Positions 38,483-48,450 of a stretch of 64,000 bases of DNA are shown piece after piece. Below the pieces are notes generated by a model. That model worked only from the letters and a program-made list of their open reading frames with translations, was not told the DNA's origin and did not search any database. The position numbers were made by a program, and so were the translations under genes. This DNA comes from Syntrophales bacterium. GTDB lineage: Bacteria > Desulfobacterota > Syntrophia > Syntrophales > UBA2210. The stretch spans positions 928,001-992,000 of the forward strand of contig CAXXNF010000002.1 in the NCBI GenBank assembly GCA_963666365.2, given 5' to 3'. Every line of letters begins with the position of its first letter. The stretch's first letter is position 1.

Positions 38483-40057
38483 GTGACACAGGCGAATCTT
38501 GCAGACACAATGCGTAATCCTGCATTCTATCCTCACGGGCCGGCAACGGTGGAGATGGTGCAGACACACATATCATACATCTTCATTGCCGGCGACCTGG
38601 TCTTTAAAGTGAAAAAAGGTGTGGATTTCGGTTTTTTGGACTTCACCACACTTGAAAAGCGTCGCTACTACTGTGAGCAGGAACTCCGACTCAACCAGCG
38701 TCTTGCGCCGGAAATCTACCTCTCGCTGGAGACAATCAGTCAAGCGCCTGATGGTTCGCTTGTGTGGGGCGACAACGGCAACATCGTCGACTATGCAGTA
38801 AAAATGAAAAAGCTCCCCGAAGATCGAATGCTTTACCGACTGCTGAGGGAAGGCGCCGTTACAACCTCCGTCATGGATGAAATTGCGCACCGGGTCTTTC
38901 TTTTTCATGAAAAAGCCGAAACCGGGGGGAAGATTGACCTCGGCGGTAATATCGAAACAATCCGACACAATCACAACGAAAACTTCGAACAGACGGAACC
39001 CTTTGTCAATATAACCATTTCAGAGGAACAGTTCAGCTTTATTAAACATTACGCCCTCTCGTTCATTTCCGACAATGAACCCCTTTTTAAGGCACGCGTG
39101 GATCGGCATCGAATCAGAGACTGTCACGGCGATCTTCACCTTCAACACATATGTATTGCTGACAGCATTCTCATCTTTGACTGTATTGAATTCAATGAGC
39201 GGTTTCGCTACCTCGATGTGGCGGCGGAGACAGCCTTTCTTGCAATGGATCTGGACTTCAACGGCTACGGTGATTTCAGTCGCGCCTTCCTGGATGCCTA
39301 TCTGAAGTATTCGAAGGACTGGGAAATAGAACAACTCGCTAATTTCTACCAGTGCTACTTCGCCTATGTGAGAGGAAAAGTCACGGGGTTCAAAATAAAT
39401 GATCCGGCGATCGGCGCCGAGGAACGGAGCGCTGCAATTGAAACCGCAGCGCGCTATTTCGACCTCGCCTTCCGCTATGCCTCAAAACCAAAGAAACCGG
39501 TCCTGATTCTCATTGCCGGTCTCATGGGAACAGGAAAGAGTGTCCTTGCTCGCTCTTTGGAAACTCCGCTGCAGGCAAAGATTATTCGCAGCGACGTGGT
39601 GCGAAAGGAACTGCTGGACATCTCTCCTCTGGACCATCATTACGATGACTTCGGGAAAGGGATCTATTCACATCACATATCAGAAATGACCTACCACAGG
39701 ATGTTCGATCTGGCGAAAGCATCCCTTCACAGCGGTGAGAACACAATTATCGACGCCTCGTTCAAAGAACGTCATGCGAGAAATGGCGCCCTCGAACTGG
39801 CGCGCAGCCTGGGAATCGATTGCGTTCTTTTCGAATGTACATGCCCCGATGAGATCGTAAAAACACGGCTTGATGATCGAATGAGGGCCGCCGACGAGCC
39901 CTCGGACGGCCGATGGGAAATATTTCAGGCCCAGAAAAAGGATTTCGAACCTATTGCCGAAGAGGATCTGAAGCGCCGTCATGTCGTTATCGACACATCA
40001 CAGAGCCCGACTCAATGTTGCAATAATGCACTGGAAAAGATGAAGGAGTTGCAGTGA
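38483..40057 (+). CDS. Bifunctional APH-like kinase / AAA (gluconate-kinase-like) protein
   Basis: QTHIS, DCHGDLHL, DCIEFN, then GLMGTGKS and IRSDVVRK. Confidence 0.88.
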   Translation: MTQANLADTMRNPAFYPHGPATVEMVQTHISYIFIAGDLVFKVKKGVDFGFLDFTTLEKRRYYCEQELRLNQRLAPEIYLSLETISQAPDGSLVWGDNGNIVDYAVKMKKLPEDRMLYRLLREGAVTTSVMDEIAHRVFLFHEKAETGGKIDLGGNIETIRHNHNENFEQTEPFVNITISEEQFSFIKHYALSFISDNEPLFKARVDRHRIRDCHGDLHLQHICIADSILIFDCIEFNERFRYLDVAAETAFLAMDLDFNGYGDFSRAFLDAYLKYSKDWEIEQLANFYQCYFAYVRGKVTGFKINDPAIGAEERSAAIETAARYFDLAFRYASKPKKPVLILIAGLMGTGKSVLARSLETPLQAKIIRSDVVRKELLDISPLDHHYDDFGKGIYSHHISEMTYHRMFDLAKASLHSGENTIIDASFKERHARNGALELARSLGIDCVLFECTCPDEIVKTRLDDRMRAADEPSDGRWEIFQAQKKDFEPIAEEDLKRRHVVIDTSQSPTQCCNNALEKMKELQ

Positions 40058-40083
40058 GACAGTTCGACAGAGCCGCCTCCGAT

Positions 40084-40767
40084 CTAGTTGTTGGCTTTTT
40101 CCTTCTCGGCTTTTTCAAGTTCCCTTTTCGTCTCGTGAAGAAAATAGCTTACCTTATAGTCAAGGCCTAAGTTTGCGTAGTGCTGCCGCACGTTTTCAAA
40201 TCGAGAAAGAGCGGCGCGGTATTCACCGCGCTTGAAATAGAAATGCCCCACATAAAACTCATGGTCGCCCAGTCTTTTTTTACAATCTCTGAGCCGCTGC
40301 TCCGCCATGAATGAGAATTTACTGCTTGGGAAACGGGAAATCAGTCTTTCAAAGTCTTCTATCGCGATGCGCGTATTCGTCTGATCGCGGTCAATTTCGA
40401 GCATTTGATTGTAATTGCACATGCCAAGCTGATACATGACGTAGGGAAGATTTTCGTTCGTGGGATGGAAATCCATGAAATCCCGGTAATTGGCTTCCGC
40501 CGCCGCATACTCCTCCGCGCTGAAATATGAATCGGCAACTCCCATCTCTGCAAGGATCGCATATTTGCTGAGAGGATATTCCTCTCTCAGTCTCTGAAAC
40601 TCACCAACCGCTTTCTTGTATCTTCCATCCTGGTAGTAGTCAATCCCGTTTCGATAAAGATCTGCCGGCGCGCCTCTTCCCATCGGGGATGATCCCCACC
40701 ACCACGAGCATCCTGAAAGGGTACAGAGCAGGATAAGCCCTGTAATCAGCTTCAATGCACGAACCAT
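40084..40767 (-). CDS. bamD: Outer-membrane assembly lipoprotein BamD
   Basis: Lipobox LSGC, YPLSKYA, FHPT, DRDQTNT, HEFYVGHFY. Confidence 0.93.
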   Translation of the reverse strand: MVRALKLITGLILLCTLSGCSWWWGSSPMGRGAPADLYRNGIDYYQDGRYKKAVGEFQRLREEYPLSKYAILAEMGVADSYFSAEEYAAAEANYRDFMDFHPTNENLPYVMYQLGMCNYNQMLEIDRDQTNTRIAIEDFERLISRFPSSKFSFMAEQRLRDCKKRLGDHEFYVGHFYFKRGEYRAALSRFENVRQHYANLGLDYKVSYFLHETKRELEKAEKEKANN

Positions 40768-40769
40768 TA

Positions 40770-41102
40770 TTATAAAACCTTTTTCACAAATTCTTCAAAG
40801 CGGTCCTTAGGCGCAAGACCTATCAGGGTGTCTTCAAGTTTTCCATCCTTGAAGAGCATTATGGTCGGGATGCTTCTGATTCCGTAATTTGCCGCAATGT
40901 TAGGGTTTTCATCAACGTTGACTTTCGCCACTTTCAGCCGGCCTTTAAGCTCCTGGGCAAGTTCCTCGATAATGGGACCGACAGCGCGACAGGGCCCGCA
41001 CCAGGGTGCCCAAAAGTCAACGACTATAGGAGTGTTTGATTTTATGACGTCCTTTTCAAAACTATCGTCAGTTACATTGACAATCACATCATCTCCAGCC
41101 AT
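40770..41102 (-). CDS. trxA: Thioredoxin
   Basis: DFWAPWCGPC, SIPT; AAGGAG before ATG 41102. Confidence 0.96.
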   Translation of the reverse strand: MAGDDVIVNVTDDSFEKDVIKSNTPIVVDFWAPWCGPCRAVGPIIEELAQELKGRLKVAKVNVDENPNIAANYGIRSIPTIMLFKDGKLEDTLIGLAPKDRFEEFVKKVL

Positions 41103-41291
41103 ATACCTTACTCCTTTATGCATTACGTGTCTTATTGTGTATATATGTATGCATTCTTTCACAGATTGTCAATTCCTGTCAAACACTATTTGGGGCAATT
41201 GCCCTGGACCGTTTTCTTCGTCCTACAACACTTTGACAGAACCCACAGAATCTGCTAAAAAAGAAATACTGAGACAAAGGCAGGCCGGGAA

Positions 41292-41996
41292 ATGAAAAAA
41301 TTGGGCATAGTGTCTGGTACGGTTTCCCTCAATGATCACATTTTTGAATCCATGGGAACTGAAATTGTTCAAACGGCATATGGCAGCGCCACTGTTCTTT
41401 CCAACGATTTGCTCCTCTATATACCGCGCCACGGCATGGACCCGCACCACCATATTCTCCCCCACATGATTAATCACGCGGCAAACATACAGGCGCTGAA
41501 AGATTTGGGCGCTTCCGAAATAATCGGAATCAATTCTACAGGATCGCTTAAAAGTGCGCTGGCGCCGGGCACTCTTGTTGTTCCTGACGACTTCATCGCC
41601 CTCGCCCCTACGCCGACAATTTTCACTGACATCGCGGCTCATGCACTGCCCCTGCTTGATGAACAGGTCCGTGAACGGCTGGCACTGGCGGCACGGGCCT
41701 GCGGGATGGATCTTCTCACCTCGGCGGTTTATTGGCAGACCGGGGGACCGCGGTTCGAGACAAAAGCGGAGATACGGATGATGGCGCACTACTGTGATAT
41801 TGTAGGAATGACCATGGCGAGCGAGGCCGTCATTTCCTGTGAACTGGAGATTCCCTATGCCGCCATCTGTTCCGTTGACAATTTTGCCCACGGGATCGGG
41901 ACGAAGGCGCTTTCCACAGACGCCGTCAGGGAAGGAGCGCAAAAAAACGCACACAGAATCGCGCTTATCATAAAAGAATACGCCGGCACTTTTTAA
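41292..41996 (+). CDS. MTAP-family purine nucleoside phosphorylase
   Basis: PRHG, PH.IN..ANI.AL, GPRFETKAE, VGMT...E, VDN. Confidence 0.9.
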   Translation: MKKLGIVSGTVSLNDHIFESMGTEIVQTAYGSATVLSNDLLLYIPRHGMDPHHHILPHMINHAANIQALKDLGASEIIGINSTGSLKSALAPGTLVVPDDFIALAPTPTIFTDIAAHALPLLDEQVRERLALAARACGMDLLTSAVYWQTGGPRFETKAEIRMMAHYCDIVGMTMASEAVISCELEIPYAAICSVDNFAHGIGTKALSTDAVREGAQKNAHRIALIIKEYAGTF

Positions 41997-42035
41997 TGTA
42001 GTGATCCATAACACACCTATCTGGAGGAAGACCGT

Positions 42036-42905
42036 ATGAATCTCAAGGGGAGCAAGACAGAAGAAAATCTTCGCCGTGCATTTTCACAGGAATTACGAGC
42101 CTATTTTGAATACCTCTATGCGGCGGAAGCGGCAACGGCCGCCGGATTCGACCTCATAGCCGATGTATTCCACCAGACGGCTCAAAACGAAGCGGAACAT
42201 GCCGAACACGAATTCAATTTCCTTGGAGGGGCCGGCGACATCAAGGCAACCACACTAAGGGCAATCAAGCATGAGGAGGAATCGGTCGCCTTTTACATCG
42301 AGACGGCAAAAGTGGCGGAAGCAGAAGGATTCGCTGAAATCGCGCAATTCTTCCGCAGGATAAGCGTGGTCGAAGCAAAACACAAAGATTCCTTTGAAGA
42401 ACTCCTCAAGGTAGTCGATGAAGGCACGGAAATTAAAGGAAGGACCGTCCGTCATTCCGCCCTTACCATGGCCCAGCTGATGCTGCCGAGCCAGGCGAAT
42501 CCCGCGGGATTTGTCCATGGCGGAGAACTGATGAAGATGATGGACAACGCGGCCGGCGTCACTGCGGCCCGTCACTGCAACTCAAACGTGGTCACGGCGC
42601 TGGTCAATGAAATCAATTTCTTTCATCCCGTGCTGGTGGGATCACTGGTTACGATCAACACCCGCATCACCTTCGTCAGCCGCTCTTCCATGGAAGTGCA
42701 GGTGGAACTCTTTACCGAAAATCTAGAATCCGAAAAACGGTTAAAGGCACTCACGTCCCACTACACCATGGTCGCTGTCGACAACATGGGGCGACCAAAG
42801 CCTATTCCCGAACTGACGCTCTACACGGAGGAAGAGGAAAGATTATTCAACGAAGGAATGACACGCTACAGAGCACGGAAAGAAAAAACATCCAAACCGG
42901 CGTAA
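42036..42905 (+). CDS. Rubrerythrin-like diiron domain fused to a hotdog acyl-CoA thioesterase
   Basis: N-terminal LKGSKTEENL...NEAEHA...VEAKH; C-terminal ANPAGFVHGGELMKMMD...VGS...SSMEV. Confidence 0.88.
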   Translation: MNLKGSKTEENLRRAFSQELRAYFEYLYAAEAATAAGFDLIADVFHQTAQNEAEHAEHEFNFLGGAGDIKATTLRAIKHEEESVAFYIETAKVAEAEGFAEIAQFFRRISVVEAKHKDSFEELLKVVDEGTEIKGRTVRHSALTMAQLMLPSQANPAGFVHGGELMKMMDNAAGVTAARHCNSNVVTALVNEINFFHPVLVGSLVTINTRITFVSRSSMEVQVELFTENLESEKRLKALTSHYTMVAVDNMGRPKPIPELTLYTEEEERLFNEGMTRYRARKEKTSKPA

Positions 42906-43024
42906 TGCCTGCAGCAGGCGCGGCGGATCCCTTTCCTTGAACCCTGGCAACGAGGGGGCGACCCCTGCCCTCGCAGAGGCAGAAAAGAGGCGCCAGTGAG
43001 GGGAGTGTAAAAGAGGCACAGTGT

Positions 43025-43732
43025 GTGACGATAGCGGCGCCCATACTTGTCATAGAAGACGACCTCAAAATCGGCAGGGTCATCAAGGCCTATCTCGAAG
43101 GCGCCGGTTTTTACGTGATCCATCGCGACAATGGGAAGGCTGCCATCGAAAGCGCCCGGAAGCACTCACCTCTGCTGGTAATTCTTGACCTTATGCTTCC
43201 GGACATGCAAGGAGAGGCGGTCTTCGATGAGTTGAAGGGAATGGGTGATTTTCCAATAATTATGGTCACGGCAAAATCATCGGAGGAAGAACGAATTGCC
43301 GGATTCGCCCTCGGCGCCGACGATTATGTCGTCAAGCCCTTCAGCCCCAGGGAACTTGTCTGGAGAGTCAAATCGCTCCTCAAGCGATCCAGTAAAGAAG
43401 CATTTGCCGACACACCGCTGTTGAGCTTCAATGAAGGTACACTGACGCTGGACGGGAGATCCTATGAGACAACCGTCCGTGCGACACAGATGGATCTGAC
43501 GCCCACCGAATTTAAGGTGCTCTTCACCCTCGCCTCCTCTCCCGGCAGAGTATTTACGCGGGACGAACTGGTGGATCATGCGCTGGGGTATCACTTTGAG
43601 GGATATGATCGCACAGTGGACGCGCATATCAAAAATATCCGGCAAAAAATCGAGCGAGACCCCAGGAATCCTGTCTTTATAATTACAATCTACGGGGTAG
43701 GATACCGTTTTTCAGGAAAGCCGGATGGCTAG
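43025..43732 (+). CDS. OmpR-family response regulator
   Basis: EDD, LDLMLP, TAK, GADDYVVKPFSPREL, RTVDAHIKNIRQK, YGVGYRF. Confidence 0.95.
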   Translation: MTIAAPILVIEDDLKIGRVIKAYLEGAGFYVIHRDNGKAAIESARKHSPLLVILDLMLPDMQGEAVFDELKGMGDFPIIMVTAKSSEEERIAGFALGADDYVVKPFSPRELVWRVKSLLKRSSKEAFADTPLLSFNEGTLTLDGRSYETTVRATQMDLTPTEFKVLFTLASSPGRVFTRDELVDHALGYHFEGYDRTVDAHIKNIRQKIERDPRNPVFIITIYGVGYRFSGKPDG

Positions 43733-45086
43733 ACACCTCTGGAGCAAGATACTTGCCATACTGCTCGTCGTATCGATGGTATCGCTCGCCTCGGCCTATG
43801 CCCTGCGCACCATGATGATCGGCGACTTTCAAGAGTACCGGGAGGGAGAGATGCTCGACCGGGCACAGTGGCTGACGGCAACCATAGAAAAATCCTACGA
43901 AAAAACATCTGACTGGTCTAAAAATGACATTGCCGATAACATCGTCAACGCCCTCATGGCAGGACTCGACATTACCGTCAGGGATGCCGGAGGAAACCGG
44001 ATAATGGATGCTCCAGAGGCCCTGGACAGACTCACTCCTTCGATGAAACGGCGGGTCCTTGGCACAATGGCCGCCCAGCGACTGGGATCACGGGGGCCGG
44101 CACTGACATTCCCTCTTTTTTCGGAAGGGAAAGAAATCGGCTCGGTAGACGTATCATTTCTTGAAAGACAAAAGGATTTGACTTTTATCGATCAAGCCGA
44201 CAGGCTTCTTTTTGCCTCCCTTTTAGGAACCGCCTTTATCGTCATCATTCTCAGCGTGTTTCTCTCACGAAAGATAGCCCTTCCCATCAACGCACTCTCG
44301 GCAGCATCGCAGGCAATCAGCGAGGGTGAACTGACAACGCGCGTCGCTGTTGACGGAAAGGACGAAATTGCACGACTTGCCGACACGTTCAATCTCATGG
44401 CCGACAACCTGGAGCGCCAGGACACATTGAGAAAGAAGCTCATCACCGATGTAGCACATGAATTGAGAACGCCCGTCGCCGCTCTCAGGGGGGAACTTGA
44501 AGCAATGATCGACGGGATCATCCCCCTGGGCAGAACACAGCTTCAATCTCTACATGAAGAAATCGGGCGACTTGCCACGCTCATCGAGGGGATCGAGGAT
44601 CTCTCACAGGCGGAAGCCCGGGTCTTTTCCGTCCATAAGGATTGGATTCAACTCCATCCCTTCATATCCCATATCATAAAGCGCTTCAGGCCTCTTTTTG
44701 ATGCAAAGGGGGTGCGGATTGATTTCACATGCGATGAAAGCGAAGGGATCAGTGCCGATCCGGACGCCCTAAGTCGAATACTGATAAATCTTATTAATAA
44801 TGCCCTTGCGGCCACGGTAAAAGATGATACCGTCTTCATCACGGCGACCCGTTCAGGCAGCCGCTCGATAATCGAAATCAGGGACAGCGGCAGGGGTATC
44901 CCGGCGGAGGGGCTCCCCTTCATATTCGAACGCTTTTACAGCACTGCCCCGGCCGGGTTGGGCATCGGACTGGCCATAGTAAAAGAACTGGCCGAGGCAC
45001 AGGGGGGAACCATAGAGGCAACAAGTGAAGAATCGAATGGGGCGACATTCACTCTTTCGCTTCCACTTCTTCACAATAATTCATAA
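43725..45086 (+). CDS. HAMP-HisKA sensor histidine kinase (BaeS-like)
   Basis: Two TMs, HAMP (DEIARLADTFN), DVAHELRTP, NLINNA, DSGRGI, FERFY, GLGIGL. Confidence 0.95.
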   Translation: MARHLWSKILAILLVVSMVSLASAYALRTMMIGDFQEYREGEMLDRAQWLTATIEKSYEKTSDWSKNDIADNIVNALMAGLDITVRDAGGNRIMDAPEALDRLTPSMKRRVLGTMAAQRLGSRGPALTFPLFSEGKEIGSVDVSFLERQKDLTFIDQADRLLFASLLGTAFIVIILSVFLSRKIALPINALSAASQAISEGELTTRVAVDGKDEIARLADTFNLMADNLERQDTLRKKLITDVAHELRTPVAALRGELEAMIDGIIPLGRTQLQSLHEEIGRLATLIEGIEDLSQAEARVFSVHKDWIQLHPFISHIIKRFRPLFDAKGVRIDFTCDESEGISADPDALSRILINLINNALAATVKDDTVFITATRSGSRSIIEIRDSGRGIPAEGLPFIFERFYSTAPAGLGIGLAIVKELAEAQGGTIEATSEESNGATFTLSLPLLHNNS

Positions 45087-45107
45087 TTTCTTCATTTTCT
45101 CTTCACA
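45070..45107 (+). promoter_or_regulatory. Four TTCAYW direct repeats at 10/11/11-bp spacing (candidate OmpR-family binding site)
   Basis: TTCACA 45070, TTCATA 45080, TTCATT 45091, TTCACA 45102, followed by a TG-n-TAGTGT extended -10-like element. Confidence 0.6.
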
Positions 45108-45158
45108 GTCGCGTGATAGTGTTGAGCAAACACAAACATGAAAAGAGAGGAGAAAATC

Positions 45159-45560
45159 ATGGGAAAAAAGATACTAATTGTTCTGTTGGCAGCCCTGTTG
45201 GGCCTCGCAGTCGTTCACACGGTCAGTGCAGGTCCCTGGGGCGGACTCGGCAAGCACGCCTGTCCTTTCTATCAAACCGGAACAGGACCGCAGGACATGG
45301 GTTCCGCACAGGAATTGGCACTGCGAAAGGGGCTTATGGACAAGAACTGGGAATTAAGAAACGAGATTCGTAAAGAAACTCCTGATCAAACTCGAGTGGA
45401 AACACTGAAAGAGGAAATTACAGACCTGAGAGAAAAACTTGTCAAAGAAAATCCTGACAGATTTTATCATGGGAAAGGGCGCTTCGGGCAGGGCAATGGC
45501 GATTGCCCATTCGCCCGTGACGGGAACCACGGCCGCTGGAACTCCTGCAAGCGCCGTTAG
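45159..45560 (+). CDS. Small periplasmic Spy/CpxP/ZraP-like protein
   Basis: Signal peptide, helical K..ELR...PD...V..L..EI..LR core, G/H/C-rich ends; GAGGAG before ATG 45159. Confidence 0.65.
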   Translation: MGKKILIVLLAALLGLAVVHTVSAGPWGGLGKHACPFYQTGTGPQDMGSAQELALRKGLMDKNWELRNEIRKETPDQTRVETLKEEITDLREKLVKENPDRFYHGKGRFGQGNGDCPFARDGNHGRWNSCKRR

Positions 45561-45583
45561 ATAGCGTCAAATACTATGAAAGG

Positions 45584-45620
45584 CCCCGTTCACCAGTTGC
45601 ATGGCAATTGGTGAACGGGG
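45584..45620. other. Strong intergenic stem-loop
   Basis: CCCCGTTCACCAGTTGC-ATG-GCAATTGGTGAACGGGG. Confidence 0.6.
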
Positions 45621-45632
45621 ATTCATTCGACC

Positions 45633-45980
45633 ATGCACAAAGCACCACTGCTCATCATTGTCGCCTTGCTGACTGCCCTTTCCCTGCCGCCGGTGCTTCC
45701 CCCTGTCAGTGCCGAAGAATCATGGCGCCCCCGGGGATGCCGGCCCTATGGTGATTATTGTCCGCGCCGGCACGGCCGTTACGGGGCGAAACAGGCCGTC
45801 CATTCCAGAGAAGAGGCGCGCACCATCCTCGAAGACTATTTCAGGGACAGGGAGCTCACCATCGGCCCCATCGCAGAGCGTAAGTGGTTCTTTCGGGCGG
45901 AACTGCGCGACCATGAAAACAATCTCGTTGATATCATCATCATTGATAAAAGGACGGGACGGATACGGTCCATATTGTAG
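45633..45980 (+). CDS. Small exported PepSY-like protein
   Basis: Signal peptide; EEARTIL...F.AE...IIIDKRTGRIR C-terminal pattern. Confidence 0.6.
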   Translation: MHKAPLLIIVALLTALSLPPVLPPVSAEESWRPRGCRPYGDYCPRRHGRYGAKQAVHSREEARTILEDYFRDRELTIGPIAERKWFFRAELRDHENNLVDIIIIDKRTGRIRSIL

Positions 45981-46025
45981 GTGATGGATGATGGTCTGCT
46001 GCCTATTAGCCATTCCCTGTTTCTG

Positions 46026-47447
46026 TTATGTACTCATCGATGAAAGGTAGCTTTGCAAATTGACCTTTTTTTTATTCAGATTCAATTTGCACCGGATGCT
46101 GTTTCTATAGATATTTACCGTACTCGTGGAGATGTTGAGAATTTCTCCTATCTCCTTTGTGGTTTTGCCGTCTTTGATAAGACTGGCGATTTCGATTTCG
46201 CGGGGCGTAAAATTATAACTGCAGGCCGTCATTTTTGAAAGAAAGGGCGACACCAGTTCTTCCAGATGCTTCTCGAGAATACTGACATACACGGCTTGAT
46301 TATCGTCCAGTCTCGTATGTTTCAGCTTTTCCACGTAGGGCATTATTAATTTTCTCATATTGGCCATAAACCGGTCTTCGATCTCGCCGCGATCCTCTTC
46401 CCGGTGTCTGAGGAGCACTTTCAGAGCGGTATTTGCTTCCTCAAGGTTTAGTGTCTTCGCTTTCAGCTCCTGCTCGGTCTTTTTGAGTTCCGTGATGTCT
46501 CGAATAGATTCGATGGCGCCGATCACATTTTCGTTGTGGTCGTACATCACACTTGCCTTACACCAGAGATGCCGGATCCGGCCGTTGTGCTCAATTTTTG
46601 ATTCCGCGAAGAGATACTCTCCCACTTTTCCGAATGAGGGGTAGGGTTCCATCACCTCCTCGTCCGGTCTGAGAACCAGGTCGATCAGCATGGGTCTTCT
46701 GTGCCTGTAAAAAGGCAGCGCATATGCGTAGTCGCCTTTTCCCACTATATCGCCGGCGCTGACCCCTGTTAACTGCTCAATAACGCGATTCCATGCAATG
46801 ACCACTCCGTCAGTATCGACGGCAAAAGTGGCATCGGGCAAAAAATCGACTATGTCCGACAGCTGTCGCTCTGACTTTCGAAGGGCTTCTTCCACCTTCA
46901 CACGTTCCGTTACATCGGTGGTAAACACCAATACCGCCGGCCGCCCTTCCCACATGATTTTTATCGCGGTGATTTCCTTCCAGGCTATTTTCCCGCGGCC
47001 GGTCAGCATGCGGTAACAATAGGGGGAAAGAACGGCGCCCTCCAGGGTCTTGCGATAATTTTCAGCAACCATCTCACGGTCGTCGGGATGCACATATGAC
47101 AGTACATTGATCGGCGCCATTTTTTCCAGAGATGTGGCCCCGCCGAAAAGCGTCGAGGGATTCGCATATTTCAGCAGATAGTCCTGTACGACGTGAATCG
47201 ACTCCTGGGCATTATCTATCATCATCCGGTACACGTCCTCTATCTTGTGCAATGAGCGCCCATGCTCGGCGTCGTTGCTGTCCTGTGTATCCGTATTTTT
47301 GCGGGTGACTGCCGATTTGACAAGTTCGGCTGTTATTTCATGCCTTTGCGCAAGATCAGCGACAGGTTCACTTTTTGACTTGCCCTCGTAGTTCATAATA
47401 CGTCGCTCCTTCGGTTCGCAGATGTTTACTATATTGTTTTCTTTCAA
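46026..47447 (-). CDS. PAS-PAS + LuxR-type HTH transcriptional regulator
   Basis: VHPDDR PAS, LPDATFAVD...IESIRDIT PAS, FTPREIEIA...GKTTKEIG...IRCKL; start uncertain. Confidence 0.88.
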   Translation of the reverse strand: MKENNIVNICEPKERRIMNYEGKSKSEPVADLAQRHEITAELVKSAVTRKNTDTQDSNDAEHGRSLHKIEDVYRMMIDNAQESIHVVQDYLLKYANPSTLFGGATSLEKMAPINVLSYVHPDDREMVAENYRKTLEGAVLSPYCYRMLTGRGKIAWKEITAIKIMWEGRPAVLVFTTDVTERVKVEEALRKSERQLSDIVDFLPDATFAVDTDGVVIAWNRVIEQLTGVSAGDIVGKGDYAYALPFYRHRRPMLIDLVLRPDEEVMEPYPSFGKVGEYLFAESKIEHNGRIRHLWCKASVMYDHNENVIGAIESIRDITELKKTEQELKAKTLNLEEANTALKVLLRHREEDRGEIEDRFMANMRKLIMPYVEKLKHTRLDDNQAVYVSILEKHLEELVSPFLSKMTACSYNFTPREIEIASLIKDGKTTKEIGEILNISTSTVNIYRNSIRCKLNLNKKKVNLQSYLSSMST

Positions 47448-47592
47448 CGCTGTCCACCCTCAATTAAAAAATTACCTATCTCCCCTCTTAGTTGACCGAA
47501 ATGTGCGATACCGCTCGCCCGAAAACATCTTGACTATTAAAGTCTTTTATTAAATACTCTGTGGTTTGAAAATACAGAGGGGCCCCAGGGTA

Positions 47593-48450
47593 ATGAATCT
47601 TCCTGTTCTGACAGACACCATTGATTTATATATGTCCGAGATCAGTCAATTTCCGATCCTCGAGGCGGACGAAGAGTTTAAGCTTGCCGTACAATTCAAG
47701 AAATTCGGCGATATGAGCGCCGCTGAGCGTTTGGTGACCGCGAATCTCCGGTTTGTGGTAAAGATTGCCCATGAGTACAAAAACTACCGGGTGCGACTCC
47801 TGGACCTCATACAGGAAGGCAATATAGGGCTCATGCACGCCGTGAAAAAATTTGACCCTTACAAGGGGTACCGTCTCATATCCTATGCCGTATGGTGGAT
47901 ACGGGCCTACATGCAGAACTACATTATCAGAAACTGGAGTCTCGTAAAAATAGGAACCACCCAGGCCCAGAGAAAACTCTTTTTCAAATTAAACCAGGTA
48001 AAGAAAAAACTGGAACGGCTGTCTGTGGACAATCCGGAATTCAGAGAGGCCGCGGAGCTTCTTAATGTGCGGCAAAGCGACGTCGAAGAGATGGATCTGC
48101 GCCTCTCCAACAGAGATGTGTCCCTCGACGCATCATTCAACGACGAAGGGGAATCTCTTTTCATCGATCACCTGGTCGACGACAGTGTAAGCCAGGAAGA
48201 AGATCTGATCAAAAAACAGGAAACGGCGCTCGTCAAAAAGAATATTACCGGCGCCCTGGCAAAGCTGAACGAAAGAGAAAGCTACATTATACGAAACCGA
48301 ATCATGGTGGACAATCCCCAGACACTTCAGGAAATCGGCGACAGGTTCAATATTACCCGAGAGAGGGCGCGTCAAATCGAAAAAGAGGCCTTGAAGAAAA
48401 TGAGACTTGCCCTCCCCTATTTCGAGGAAACGCGGGAAGAGGAACGCTAA
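47593..48450 (+). CDS. rpoH: RNA polymerase sigma-32 factor
   Basis: NLRFVVKIA, DLIQEGNIGLM, RpoH box TTQAQRKLFFKL, TRERARQIE. Confidence 0.92.
   Translation: MNLPVLTDTIDLYMSEISQFPILEADEEFKLAVQFKKFGDMSAAERLVTANLRFVVKIAHEYKNYRVRLLDLIQEGNIGLMHAVKKFDPYKGYRLISYAVWWIRAYMQNYIIRNWSLVKIGTTQAQRKLFFKLNQVKKKLERLSVDNPEFREAAELLNVRQSDVEEMDLRLSNRDVSLDASFNDEGESLFIDHLVDDSVSQEEDLIKKQETALVKKNITGALAKLNERESYIIRNRIMVDNPQTLQEIGDRFNITRERARQIEKEALKKMRLALPYFEETREEER

Noticed and set aside
42906..43024. GC-rich hairpins as a possible ncRNA
   Set aside because: Only short stems with no recognisable family features.
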